A stretch of DNA of 64,000 bases from Mobula hypostoma (Eukaryota), in the NCBI RefSeq assembly GCF_963921235.1, contig NC_086097.1, positions 217,622,001 to 217,686,000 of the forward strand. The letters are read 5' to 3'. Shown here piece after piece: positions 13,003 through 26,450 of the stretch (its first letter is position 1; each line of letters opens with the position of its first letter). The position numbers and the translations under genes were made by a program. The notes beneath the pieces were generated by a model, which did not search any database, was not told the origin of the DNA, and saw only the letters and a list, made by a program, of their open reading frames with translations.

Positions 13003-14473
13003 GAAACATAGAAAACCTGCAGCACAATACAGACCCTTCAGCCCACAATGCTGTGCTGAACATGTACTTATTTCATAAATTACCCAAGGTTACCCATAGC
13101 CCTCTATTTTTCTAAGCTCCATGTACCTATACAGGAGTCTCTTAAAGGACCCTATCATATATGCCTGCACCACCGTCGCCAGCAGCCCATTCCACGCAGT
13201 CACCGCTCTCTGTGCAAAAAAAACTTACCCCTGACATCTCCTCTGTACCTACTTCCCAGCACCTTAAAACTGTGCCCTCTCCTGTTAACCATTTCAGTCC
13301 TGGGAAAAAGCCTCTGACGACACACACGATCAATGCCTCTCATTATTTTATACACCTCTATCAGGTTACCTCTCATCCTCTGTCGCTCCAAGGAGAAAAG
13401 GCCAAGTTCACTCAACCTATTCTCATAGGGCATGCTCCCCAATCCAGGCAACATCCTTGCAAATCTCCTCTGCACCCTTTCAATAGTTTCCACATCCTTC
13501 CTGTAGTGAGGTGACCAGAACTGAGCACAGTACTCCAAGTGGGGTCTGACCAGGATCCTATAAAACTGTAACATTACCTCTCGGCTCCTAAACTCAATTC
13601 CACGGTGGATGAAGGCCAATGCACCGTATGCCTTCTTAACCACACAGTCAACCTGCGCAGCAGCTTTAGGTGTCCTATGGACTCAGACCCCAAGATCCCT
13701 CTGATCCTCCACACTACCCAGAGTCTTACCATTAATACTATATTCTGCCATCATATTTGGACCTACCAAAATGAACCACCTCCCACTTATCTGGGCTGAA
13801 TTCCAGTTGCCACTTCTCAGTCCAGTTTTGCATCCTATCAATGTCCCGCTGTAACCTCTGATAGCTCTCCACACTATCCACAACACCCCCAACCTTTGTG
13901 TCATCAGCAAATTTACTAACCCATCCCTCCACTTTCACATCCAGGTCATTTATAAAAATCACAAAGAGAAGGGGTCCCAGAACAGATCCCTGAGGCACAC
14001 CACTGGTCACCGATCTGCATGCAGAATATGACACATCTACAGCCACTCTTTGCCTTCTGTCGGCAAGCCAATTTTGTATCCACAAAGCAAGATCTCCTTG
14101 GATTCCATACCTCCTTACTTTCTCAATAAGCCTTGCAAGGGGTACCGTATCAAATGCCTTGCTGAAATCCATACACACTATATCTACTGCTCTACCTTCA
14201 TCAATGTGTTTAGTCACATCCTGAAAAAATTCAATCAGGCTTGTAAGGCATGACTTGCCTTTGACAAAGCCATGCTGACTATTCCTAATTATATTACGCC
14301 TCTCCAAATGTTCATAAATCCTGCCTCTCAGGATCTTCTCCATCAACTTACCAACCACTGAAGTAAGACTCACTTGTCTATAATTTACTGGGCTATCTCT
14401 GCTCCCCTTCTCAAATAAGGGAACAACATCTGCAACCCTCCAATCCTCTGGAATCTTTCCCGTCCCCGTTGAT
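13003..14473 (-). mobile_element. 5'-truncated CR1
   Basis: RT ORFs 13738-14508 and 13200-13643; same subfamily as 55826-57478. Confidence 0.93.
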
Positions 14474-14897
14474 GATTTTCCTACATTTGCTTGGTTCAGT
14501 GTCTTCAAATATTGTTAGTGGAAATGGAAGGGCAAATAGACCATAAGACAAAATCTGGGAATCAGGAAGGAAAAGGGGAGGGGAAAATGTGTCTGTTGGT
14601 AGAATATTGATGAAAATGGCAGAAATTATGGAGAATTATTCTGCTGAGAACTTTGTCAACTATGGTAGAGGAGAAGCAATGGTCTTATGAATAGTAAGAA
14701 CTGTAAACCAATTAACGTTAATAACTCTAATGTTGCTTATAAATTTAGTAATCATGACTGGGAAAAGGATAGCTTGTATTTTTGTAACAGCCCCTTCTGA
14801 AAGTTGTGTGTGTGCGATTTCTAAGTTGTCTAGGATCAAATTCCCTCCTGAATAGGCTTTCAGCTGTTTTCATGAATATTTCTGTATTTTTCTGTAG

Positions 14898-15103
14898 GCT
14901 TTTAATACATAGTCTGAGCTTTGTGCCTTCTGGAGTGCGACATTTGCATTCATATGAAATTTTTGCAACCGTGTCCAAAGATGAACATGGAACTGGCACT
15001 GCTAAAGTTCAGGCCGGGTCTGCACTCCTGGCTAAGGGGGGTATCTGCCATATCGGAGAACTTCTTTCTCTCAGAAAAGAGGCATTTAATTTACTTCAAA
15101 CAG
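14898..15103 (+). CDS. MCMDC2: MCMDC2 coding exon
   Basis: tttttctgtag acceptor; the phase-2 join AG+G gives R. Reads RLLIHSLSFVPSGVRHL...QAGSALLAKGGICHIGEL...LQT. Donor GTATTG at 15104. Confidence 0.95.
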
Positions 15104-15187
15104 GTATTGTGTATACTTTATCACCAGTATACAGCTAATACTTAAGAGAATCTTGCATCCTTAATTCTTCCATTTCATGTGTGTTAG

Positions 15188-15354
15188 TTTTGGAGACTAG
15201 GAATATCACAGTATTTATTCCTGGAAAAAAGTTTGGAGAAGATGTTGATCAGCAGATGGCCTTCCCAATTAAGTGTAATTTCTGGACTTTCGTTGATGTT
15301 AACACACAGCCAAAGAAAGCTGGCCAGCAAGAAGATGCTGTAATCGGGGCAGTG
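15188..15354 (+). CDS. MCMDC2: MCMDC2 coding exon
   Basis: Follows an 84-bp intron. Reads VLETRNITVFIPGKKFGEDVDQQMAFPIKCNFWTFVD...IGAV. Donor GTAAGA at 15355. Confidence 0.95.
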
Positions 15355-15644
15355 GTAAGACAAAGGTTTTATAATTTCCATTCAAGAAGACATGACTTTT
15401 TAAAAAGGTAAGTTGAAAATATTGAGCTCTTAAATTTAAAAAGATTTGCAGACATACACACTCAAAACTAAATAAAAATTAGTAAATGTTTAGGCAATAT
15501 CTATGACAGAAGTACTAGACATATATGGGGGTAAACATATTTTAGCAGACAAAAGAAAATAAGAAAGTATAAAGGATTGTCTGATATAATTAAAGTCAGG
15601 AGAGAAAGGGGGAGTTGTTTACTGTAAGGTAAAAGTGTTTGTTA

Positions 15645-17960
15645 CAAGACCATAAGATATAGGAGCAGAATTGGGCCATTTGGCCCTTCAGTTCTGTTCC
15701 ATCATTTCATCACAACTGATCCATTTCCCTCTCAGCCCTATCTCCTGCCTCCATGCCCTAACTAATCAAGAACCTATCAAATTCTGCCTTAAATATACCC
15801 AGTAACCTGGCCTCCACAGCTGCATGTGGCAACGACTTCCACAGATTCACCACTCTCTGGCTAAAGAAATTCCTCCTCATCTCCATTCTAAATGGACATC
15901 CCTCTATTCTGAGGCTGTGCTGTCTGGTCCTAGAATACCCCCACCATAGGAAATGTCCTCTCCACATCCACTTGATCTTACAACATCCAATAAGTTTCAA
16001 TGAGATACCCCCTCATTTTTCTGAATTCCAGTGAGTACAGGCCTAGAGCCATTAAAAACTCCTCATATGATAAGCCTTTCCTTCCCAAAATCATTCTCGT
16101 GAACCTCCTCTGAACCCTCTCCAATGTCAGCACATCCTTTCTTAGATAAGGGGCCCAAAACTGCTCACAATACTCCAAAGATGCCCTACCTGTGCCTTAT
16201 AAAGCCTCAATATTACATCCTTACTTTTATATTCTAGTCCTCTCAAAATGAATTCTAACTTTGCTTTCCTCACCCCCAACTCAACCTGCAAATTACCTTT
16301 AAGGATCCTACACAAAGACAGACACCCAAATTCTCTCCATTTAGAAAATAGTCTACACTTTTAATCGTCGACCAAAGCACATGACCATACACTTCCTGAC
16401 AATATATTCCATCTATCACTTATTTGCCCATTCTCCTAATCTGTCTTAGTTCTTCTGTGGCCTCCCTGCTTCCTCAACGTGACCTGCCCTCACCTACCTT
16501 TGTATCATCGCAAGCTTGGGCCCCAAAGCCATCAATTCTGTCATACAAATCATTGACATATAACATAAAAAGAAGTGGTTCCAACACAGTCCCTTGTAGA
16601 ACACTACTAGTCAGCCAACCTGAAAAGGCCCCCTTTGTTCCCACTCTTTGGCTTCTGCCAATCAGCCAATGCTCTAACCATGTTAGTATCATTCCTGTAA
16701 TACAATGGGCCCTTAACTTGTTAAGCAGCCTCATGTGCGGCATGTTGTCAAAGGCCTTCTGAAAATCCAATTACACAACTTCCACCGATTCTTCTTTGTC
16801 TATCCTGCTGGTTATTCCTTCAAAGAATTCCAACAGATTTGTCAGGTAAGATTTTCACTTAAGGAAACAATGGCAACTTTGGTTTATTTTATCATGTGCC
16901 TTTAAGTACCTTGAAACCACATCCTTGACAATCGACTCCAACATCTTCCCAACCACTAAGGTCAAACTAACTGGCCTATAATTTCCTTTCGTTTGTCTCT
17001 CTCTCTTCTTGAAGAATGAAGTGACATTTGCAATTTTCCAGTCCTCTAGAACCATATTGGAATCTATTGATTCTTGAAAGATCATTACTAATGCCTCCAC
17101 AATCTCTTCAGCAACCTCTTTCAAAACCCTAGTGTGTAGACCATCCGGTTCAGATGATTTATCTATGTTCAGACTTTTCAAAGATCCTAAGTGCCTTCTC
17201 TCTAGTAATGGCAACTTCACTCACTTCTGCTCCCTGACACTCTCAAACTTCCGGCATATTGCTTATATCTTCCACAGTAAAAACTGATGCAAAATACATA
17301 TTCAGTTTGTCCCCCATTACTACCCCTCCAGCATCGCTTTCCAGCGGTGCGATATCTACTCTCGCCTCTCTATTACTCTCTTATACTTAAGAAACTTTTC
17401 ATATCCTCTTTAATATTATTGGTTAGCTTACTTTCGTATTTCACCTTTTCTCTCTTTATGACTTTTTTAGTTGTCTTCTGTTGGTTTCCCAATCCTCTTA
17501 CTTCCCACTAATTTTTGTTTGTTATATGCCCTCTCTCACTTTTATGTTGGTTTTGACTTTCCTTGTTAGCTACAGTTGCAGCATCCTGCCTTTGGAAAAC
17601 TTCTTCATTAGGAAGTATCTATTATCTATCCTGTGCCTTAGGAATTGCTCCCAGAAATTCCAGCAATTTCTGCTCTGCCGTCATCCCTGCTAGTGTCCCC
17701 TTCCAAACAAATTTGGCCAGCTCCTCTCTCAGGCCTCTGTAATTCCCATTACTCCACGCAATATGGATACATCTGTAACTTCGCTCTCTCAAATTGCAGG
17801 GTGAATTCTATCATATTATGATCACTGCCCCCCAAGGATTCCTTTAATTTCTAATTAAAGGTCTCTAATCAATTCTGGTTCATTACACAATGCCCAATAC
17901 AGAACAGCTGATCCCCTAGTGGGATTAACCACAAGCTGCTCTAAAAGCCAGCTTGTAGGT
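15645..17960 (-). mobile_element. Degraded CR1 ORF2 fragment
   Basis: Several broken RT/APE frames (DFQKAFD, NYRPVSL). Confidence 0.9.
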
Positions 17961-19629
17961 TTAGAATAGTGAGTTTTGTAAGTCATTTTGTAAAAGGCAC
18001 AAATGCAGGATGGAAAATCTTTCACGTTGAATCTTTTGAAACCACCTCTGATTTCCACACATTCACTGATCTTTCCAGGTTCTTCTCTCCTGTCTATTTT
18101 GTCACTCAGTTTTTTAAAAAATCCCCACAGATGCTGAATATTTACAGCATTTTGTGTAGTTTTTTTTAGTGGTATGTAATTATTTACAGAGGAAATGTTT
18201 CATCCTCAGTTTTGTGGTAGGTGTGAAATAAAGATAATTTTAAACCATAAACCTAATTCCTACCATCTGGTTTTAACTGAACAGGAAGAGAACTGTTGGT
18301 GAGTCCTGCATATGCTTTCAAGGGTGGATCAAAAACTTCTTTCATGGAGCTGTTTTGCACAGAATTTTTATAATTTCTTTTCATTGAAGCTTTGTTTACT
18401 TGGAGTTGTGGAACCGTATGTCAAAAGAAGATGGGAAGTGTGGCTGTTGCAGACAAGAACCTGTGGACAAATCTTAAAATATGTCCTGAATAGAATATCC
18501 AGGGAATTCATGCTTCTGGGTTTTTCATTCAGAAAACTACTCCATGCCCAGCTTCTTTCATTTATGCTGCCTTTCCCAAAAGAAAAGCACTTGGTGTTTG
18601 CATAATGCATTCCTAGGATATCTTAGTTGGAATTAAGAATTTAAGATTTTATGAACACAAGCATGAGTTTTACCACTGTAACAGTGTGCCTTCCAGTGAG
18701 CTTTCTCTTTTACAATTTTGGTGTAATTATCTGTTTATGTTAAAATGTGGCCTGATCCAAAGGAATTCAAATCTTTTCCTTCCCAGTAGTACTGTGGGAA
18801 TGCTTTCCACAGAAGGAATGTGTTCTGGGCAATAAATGCAGACAGTGCTAGTAATTCAAAGTCCTAAAAACAAAAGAAGGAAATTAAAGAAAAAATTCAC
18901 ATTTTCTCTAATTAGCTCATTTTTCGAGCTTTAGTTTCATGGTTGAATACAAAGAAAGGATTAATTGGACTGAATCTATTCTTAGTCTTGTGTTTTTGGG
19001 TGCAGACAGAGTCTGAAATGAAATTAACATCTTAGTATATAGAAAATGATGTTTGTTGCCAATCAGAGGGATAAATGAGGAAGAGCCAGTAAAACAAATG
19101 AATGGGACAAAAGATTACCACATTATAAAATTTAAATGTGAGATATAATGTTGCATCATGTAACATTTATTGAATGAGATAAAGGTTGAGCATGATGTGT
19201 ACAGTTTGGAAGCTTTTTAAAGTTTTGCATTCAGTTTTAATTACAATTTCATTGACTCAGTATAGAACAAGATGCTGAATGGATAAAGTGGCATCACCCC
19301 TCCCCAATATGAGTTCTATGCTATCATTGATATGCCTTGGCTCTTTTTACATTAATTCAGCAACTGCTTTCATAAATCATACTCCCTATTTATAAATTTT
19401 GAGGGTAGTATATTCACCATGGCACCTGGCCCTGCACCAGTACTTTAACAGTAGGGAGTCGAAGTAACTGCAGTCAGAGGCTGCACAAATATATTAGGGC
19501 TACAGTACCAAGACACTAGTATTTAAAAAAAAACATATAAACTGGTAACTATTTTCCACCTATTGTTTTAACTCTTTTACGAGTCAATAAAATGAGCAGA
19601 TTCCTATTTTAGGCTTTTTTAAAATGTCA

Positions 19630-20200
19630 CAAAATTGTACAGCATAAAAATAGGCCCTTCAGCCAACATGTCAATGCTGACTATCATGTCTATACCCATC
19701 CCACTTGTCTGTATTAATTCCATATCTTCCATATCTCTCTATGACCTCTCATCCAAGTACCTGTCTAGATGCCTCATAAATGTTGTTGTTCTTCTGCCTC
19801 CACTATTTCCTCTGGCAGCTCATTCCAGATAATAACACTCTTGGGATGAAGGGTTTACTCCTCATATCCCCTTTAAATCTTCTCTCTCTCACCTTAAATC
19901 TCTGCCCTGTAGTTTTGGATCCGTTTAGCACACAAAATAGACTCTGGCCATCTACCCTGTCTATGCCTCTCATAATTTTATATATCTTTATTATGTCGCC
20001 TCGCAGTCTCTTTTGCTTCAGGTTACACAAACACTTCCTATCCAAACTCTCCTTATAACTCAAGATCTCCAGACATCCTTATTGATCTATTTCTGCACCC
20101 TTCTACCATAATCATGTATTTCCTGTAGTGTGGTGTCAAGTAGTACACAATACTCCCAAGTACAACCTAGCAAATTTTTCATTCAACCGTAACATATTCA
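19630..20200 (-). mobile_element. Old CR1 3' fragment
   Basis: RLRGDIIKIYKIMRGIDRVD. Confidence 0.8.
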
Positions 20201-20668
20201 CAAGGAACAGATTTACTGATGAGAGAAAAACTTCCCATAAGAACACATCTCCACATATCATGGGATTCAATGGGGGGACATAGTGTTGCATATAGTGTTT
20301 TCTAGGGGGCAACTCCTCTGTAATGGGTGGGAACACCATACAAGCTTCTGCATAATTACTAATCAAGCCACCTACCTTCTCAATAAAATTATATATATGA
20401 TAATTAATAATATGTTGTTTTGGTTGGCAAAAAGAGAAAGATGGTAATTCAGTAGGCAGAGGTGGACAGTGTTGGGAATCCCCTTGAACTCATTTAAATT
20501 AACATTTATTCATTAGGCCCCATTTACTGATTTGGTTGCATGAAATGTGGGTTAATAATTACTACATTTTCAAATGGAAATCAACACAAACACCTGTTCT
20601 ACCTGTTACACTTTTCCTTCATTAACAACATGTTATGATTTTTTTTGTTTGGTTTCCATAAATTTTAG

Positions 20669-20848
20669 GACTTAAATTCAGTTCCAGCTAATCTGGTTGA
20701 TGGCTTTGATTTAATGATTTACTGCAGTGAATCTTCCAATTATCAATCTCCTATGCATCTAATACAGCACAAACTGAATGAAGCCATGCACCAAGGCAAA
20801 GCCCTTTATCCAGCACTACAGCAGTTTACAACACAGGACTATGAAGAG
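20669..20848 (+). CDS. MCMDC2: MCMDC2 coding exon (180 nt, not in ORF track)
   Basis: ttttag acceptor. Reads DLNSVPANLVDGFDLMIYCSESS...QQFTTQDYEE. Donor GTATAT at 20849; phase 0/0. Confidence 0.93.
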
Positions 20849-22319
20849 GTATATATGAGAACATAGACAAGATAGTCACATTAAATAGAATATACCTTGC
20901 TACTCCATGTGCTTTTAAAATCATGTATAACTATCAAACTGCTTCTTCGTTTTACATCCTCTTCATCTTCTGCATAATACAGCTGTAATAATCATAAAGG
21001 AAATATTAAAGAGCATCTGTAAGAGGAATACAGTATTTCTAGAGCAACTTCTAAATTAACAAAAAACAAAAATTGCTAAAAACATTCAGCGAATCAGGTA
21101 GCATCAACAGAACAAGAAACAGACTCCTCACCTGAGAAGTTACCTCTTTGTTACTAAAGTTCCGAGTAAGAATCTTCAGTCCAATATGTCAACCTAGTTT
21201 TTTTCTCCTAGACATGCCATTGACATGACATTTCCCCCCCAGCATATTCTGCTTCTAATTCAAATTTTCATCATCTTGTTTTAATTTTTTTCAATTTCTA
21301 TTTTGGATTTGGCTCTAAACCCATTTCTCCAATAAATTTGTATCTTCCTTCTTTATTAATAATATTTTATGGAAAAGTGTCAATGCTCTAATTCATTTTT
21401 GAAAAGAAATGTTGCTGGAGATAAGCACCAAGTTTGTACATCAAATCTCACTGAAGCCAGTGTCTGGAAGCCTGAACTATGTCCTGGAGCAGGCTTCAAT
21501 CTGATTGCTACTGTTGAGTCAGGCCTCATATGGATAAATCAATGTTTCTAACGGTTGTTGGAATTATAGGAACAGTGGGAATAAGTCAGCCAGGAAGCAG
21601 CACATATTTGGTAGTAATAGAGTTAGGGTTGGAAGGGAAAAAAACAGCAATAGAGGGGATAAATAAAGACCAATGGCAGTCTGTCCTATCTTTTGTTGTT
21701 ACTGCTGCATCTGGCCTCAGAAATTTTTTCCATAACAGTTGGCCCTCGTGGACCCAAGAATGATCCCACTGATGTTAAACTGCTCAATTCCTAATACAAA
21801 TCCAACTGGCCTTTATAAGATGGCCAACTTTAATTCTTGGAATTATCTCCTATAGTCATTGTCAAAATCTATCTCAAGTTTGACAGGTGATAAAAGCTAG
21901 GTCTGTGTAGATGAACCTAGGAACACAAAAACAAAGACTAAAAAATAACTATTGAGAAAGGATACAACAGAATGCAATTGTAAGAATTATGATCAGGCCA
22001 ATTTACTTTAGGGTCCTAAGCAAAATCGTTTGATCATTTGTATTGTAACTTGTTTAGCTTTTGTTCATATAAAACTTAATGATGGATTACCTTTACACTA
22101 CTGCTATGAGAATTAATTTTGAAGATTTGCAAAGGTATAAAATGTGTACATTAATACTAATTTATTAACAAGTAAATATCAGATCAATTCAATACAGCGC
22201 CTCGGAGCTTGAACAAACTAAATATGAGCTGACTATTGAGAATTTGTTAGTGTAAAATCAATCTACAAAAGAACTATTGCACTGGTTGCAATCAGGCTTA
22301 ATTTTTAGGAAAAAAGTGT

Positions 22320-23900
22320 GACGCCACTTCCAATGAATTATGGACCTGTATTCCCAGATCCCTTTGTTCTACTGCATTCCTCAGTGCCCAAACAATCAAT
22401 CACCATGTAAAACCTACCCTGGCTGGTCCTACCAAAGTGCATCATCTCACACTTGCCTGCATTAAATTCCATCTGCTATTTTTCAGCCCATTTTTCCAGC
22501 TGGTCCAGATTCTGCTGTAAGCCATGATAGTCTTCCTCGCTGTCTGCTACACCCCCAATCTTAGTGTCATCCGCAAATTTGCTGATCCAGTTAACCACAT
22601 TATCATCCAGATCGATGATATAGATGACAGACAACAACGGACCCAGCACCAATCCCTGCGACATGCCACTATTCATAGGGTTCCAGTCACAGAGGCAACC
22701 CTCTATTACCACTCTCTGGCTTCTCCCATACACCTAATGTCTAATCCAATTTACTACCTCATCTTGAATGCCGAGTGACTAAACCTCCTATGCGGGACCT
22801 TGTCAAACACCTTGCTAAAGTCCATGTAGGCAACATTCACTACCTTGTCTTCATCAACTTCCCTGAAAAACTCTGTAAGATTGGTTAGACACAACCTACC
22901 ATGTACACAGCCATGCTGACTATCCCTAATCAGTCCATGTCTATCCAAATACTCATATCTAGTCCCTTATAACGTCTTCAAATAACTTTCCAACTACTGA
23001 TGCCAGGTTCAACGGCCTATAAACAAGTGAGCAACATGAGCTACCCTCCAATCATCTGGTACCTCTAGAGAAAATTTTACAAGGATGTTGCCAGGTATGG
23101 AGGACCTGAGTATAAGGAAAGATTGAGTAAGTTAGGACTTTATTCCTTGGAACAGAGAAGATTGAAAGGAGATTTGATAGAGGTATACAAAATTATGATG
23201 GTTACGGATAGGGAAAACGCAAGCAGGCTTTTCCCATTGAGGTTGTGTGGGACTACAACTGGAGGTCATAGATTAAGGGTGAGAGGTGAAACGTTTAAGG
23301 CGAACATGAGGGGAAACCTTCACTCAAAGGGTCGTGAGAGTGTAGAATCAGCACAAGTGGTGCTCGTGAGTTCGATTACAATGTTTAAAGAGTAGTTTGG
23401 ATGGATGGTAGGGGATATAGAGGTCTATGGTCTTGCTGCATGGACCAGTTGGGCCAAAGGGACTGTTTCTGTGCTGTACTTTTCAATGACTCACATGTTG
23501 CTAAGGATGATTTAAATATTCTCTGCTAGGGCCTCTGCAATTTCTGCACTTGCCTCCCACAAGGTTTGAGGGAACACCAGGTCACGTCCACATATCCCAT
23601 CTGGCCAGCCTCCAACCTGATGGCCTAATAGCATGAACATCAATTTCATAACTTTCTGTAATTTCTCCCTCCCCTTCCCTCTTTTTCTATGACCTATTTT
23701 GCCCCTCTTACCTCTTCTCTTCTCCCCACCTGTATCACCTAACAGTTTGTACTCCTTTTCCTCCCTCACTTTCTTATTCCAGCTTCTTCCCCCTTCCTTT
23801 CGAGTCCTGATGAAGGGTCTCGGCCTAAGTCTCAACATTGTATTCCTTTCCATTCAAGTTGCCTGACCTGCTGAGTTCCTCCAACATTTTCTGTGCATTA
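22320..23900. mobile_element. CR1 (-) interrupted by CR1 3' end (+, ~23065-23490), followed by a Penelope terminal repeat (+, ~23595-23900)
   Basis: RT frames 22476-22948 (-) and 23123-23395 (+); partial hammerhead CTGATGAAGGGTCTCGGCCT at 23807-23826. Confidence 0.8.
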
Positions 23901-24073
23901 CAATGAAGAAAGCAATCGATTTAAATGAAAGCATTGTGTTACACCGAGTACGAAGCAACACTGAAAATGATTTATATATCATTAGTACTTAATTACACTA
24001 TTTCTAATAATTATACAGTGACAAAAAAGTATTTGTGAATCAGCTCTTTAATCAGTCTGTGAATGACTGCGAC

Positions 24074-24080
24074 TACTAAC
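24074..24080 (+). promoter_or_regulatory. Consensus splicing branch point TACTAAC
   Basis: Perfect TACTAAC about 20 nt upstream of the acceptor AG at 24098-24099. Confidence 0.7.
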
Positions 24081-24099
24081 CTAAAATATATTTGATCAG

Positions 24100-24242
24100 C
24101 TGTTAGCATTTGCCAGAAATCAGGAAGTTGCACTTACTATCAAAGCAGAAAGACTTATACAGGGGTATTACACTGCAAGCAGGAGAGTTCGAACTGATCC
24201 TGTTCATGGATCTAAAATTTCTACAACTGCATTGAAAACATT
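24100..24242 (+). CDS. MCMDC2: MCMDC2 coding exon
   Basis: Acceptor cag at 24097-24099. Reads LLAFARNQEVALTIKAERLIQGYYTASRRVRTDPVHGSKISTTALKT(L). Donor GTAAGT at 24243. Confidence 0.95.
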
Positions 24243-25766
24243 GTAAGTACTTTATTTTAAAGTTATTAACTATTAGTATTTAGCAAAATGATCTACATTG
24301 TCCTTACTACATTAAGAACTGATTGTTAAAGCAAGTTTATACTGCAGGTACACAGTACATATGCAAGGTAAATAGAAAAACATTTATATTGTGTCATTTA
24401 ATGGCCTTTCTGGAATACCCCCAAGTACTGTGCAGCTAATGAAGCTTATTCCTCAAGGCACGGTACTGTAGGTATGCAACATGCTTACAAGACTAACTTC
24501 TATAAATTGCAATGTGCTAATCCAAACACAAAATAACCTAAATAGTGAAAACCTGAAATAAAATATAAAATGCTGGAAATACGAAGCAGGTCCAGTGTGA
24601 TATCTTTCAGGGCAATTGTCTTTTTAATAAACAGATAATCTGTTTTCACATATATATAAAAGCATTTCATTTTCTGTTTTTTTTTGGTCCTAAAGGAGTT
24701 TTTACTGTTGAATTGTACTATATTTAGCACTATGTTTCCAACCAACTGATGGCATTAAAGCCCTCACTTCAGACTAGCAAATTTTCTGGATTATCAGATG
24801 TTATTCAGATGAAATCGCCCAACACTTTTATTTTTTAACATGTTACATAATTTTTTCAGTGAAAACAATGAAATTAAAAAGAGCAGAAAAGCTCTGATGA
24901 ATTTAAATATAGTAAGAAATAGAATCTGGAGAGCTTCATCTGGAATTTCAGCTTGTCAAAACATAGAAGCACTCCAGGCCTCAGCATTGAACCTTATTCA
25001 CGTTCTAGCCCGCCGACCAGACCCTAGGCTGTAGCAGCTCATGTTCCAAGCCCATGTCTCAGACTGCAAACCACTGATCGAGTCAGATGCCAAACACCAG
25101 ATTAGTTTTACTGCATATGATTGTTAAAGCAAGTTTAAACTGCATATAAACTTATTTTAAAATATCGTCACAAAATTACTTGGCAAGGATATTGTCAAAA
25201 GAAGCATTATATCCTATTATATAACATTGTTACAAAGATAGTGCATTGGTGTGAGAAACTACTAACCCTTCGCCTCTGATAGGTCAATTGATCGGCACTT
25301 AGGACTTTGGTATCTCTTGAAATAGTATTACCCAAAGTTGAGACATAGATCCTAGGCTCCTTGAGACTGAAAAACATGTTTTAAAAATTAAATGATTAAA
25401 GTGCTGATGTCATAACATGTATATATACTTTAAAATAGTGGTGATTCCTGCTGAGGCTACAGATATATTGGAAATTTTGTTACATTTGAGATTGGGATTA
25501 TTGAATAAGAGAAGAGACTGAATCCAATTTCAAAATATACATAAAAGAAGTTTAAGCAAAATTAAGTTATAAGTAAATCAAATATCTGTTTGTTCTTGCA
25601 GTTTATTGTTTAATTATAATATGCATTCACTGCTATTTGTTCATTCCACTTTTAAAAATAAATGGTGGAAAGGTTACTTGTGAATGTGCAGATATATTCA
25701 TTTTCATTGGAGCAATATCTAGATAATTTATGTTTGAAATTTCTCAATCTTTTTCTAAATTGCCAG

Positions 25767-25876
25767 AATGTCTTTATCTGAAGCACATACCAAACTCAGT
25801 CTGAGAGACAAAGTACTGGAACAAGATGCTGTCATTGCGATTTTACTATACGAGATTTCCATTACTGCACGGCATG
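25767..25876 (+). CDS. MCMDC2: MCMDC2 coding exon
   Basis: Reads (L)MSLSEAHTKLSLRDKVLEQDAVIAILLYEISITARH(G), the MCM lid-type SEAHA-like motif. Donor GTAAAG at 25877. Confidence 0.95.
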
Positions 25877-26039
25877 GTAAAGATAACAAAGAGTACCTTG
25901 AACAAGAATATCAATTCCAAATTGTAATCTGAAAAGAATAATGTAATTTGTAGGTTTGAATAAAGTCCTGTGTGCTGAAAAAAGTAGGATGACATGATTC
26001 CTAATGATAGATTGAATTAATTTATATTATTTTTTGTAG

Positions 26040-26206
26040 GTGCTTCAGTGCTCTGCGTGTCTCCCAATGCAATATTTCCATTTGATCGGTGTGATGAGCA
26101 CAGCTTAAATCAAAGGGATATATATTTGGCACAATTCCATCAACAACTACTACAGTTCTGCTTAACATATTCCCCTGGGATGTCTTTGTATTTTGCTGAA
26201 GAATAA
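26040..26206 (+). CDS. MCMDC2: MCMDC2 terminal coding exon, stop TAA 26204-26206
   Basis: tttttgtag acceptor. Reads (G)ASVLCVSPNAIFPFDRCDEHSLNQRDIYLAQFHQQLLQFCLTYSPGMSLYFAEE*, resembling the MCMDC2 C-terminus. Confidence 0.95.
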
Positions 26207-26402
26207 TTTGAAACAGAAATTTAATCTGCATTGTACTAGGAGTCTGCTAATCAATATTGTTGCATTTTACTAAAACTTTTTTTGCAAATATTAATAAGTA
26301 ATGAATACCAACAATTTTAAAATATCTTCACAAAATAACTTGACAACGATATTGTCAAAAGAAATATTTATTATATCCTATTATATAACTTAGCATTACA
26401 AA

Positions 26403-26450
26403 AATAAATGCTATTATTTAATATTTATTATTCAATCACATTAAAATAAA
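26403..26450 (+). promoter_or_regulatory. Candidate MCMDC2 polyadenylation signals
   Basis: AATAAA at 26403-26408 and 26445-26450, about 200-240 nt after the stop. The region is AT-rich, so which one is used is unknown. Confidence 0.45.
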
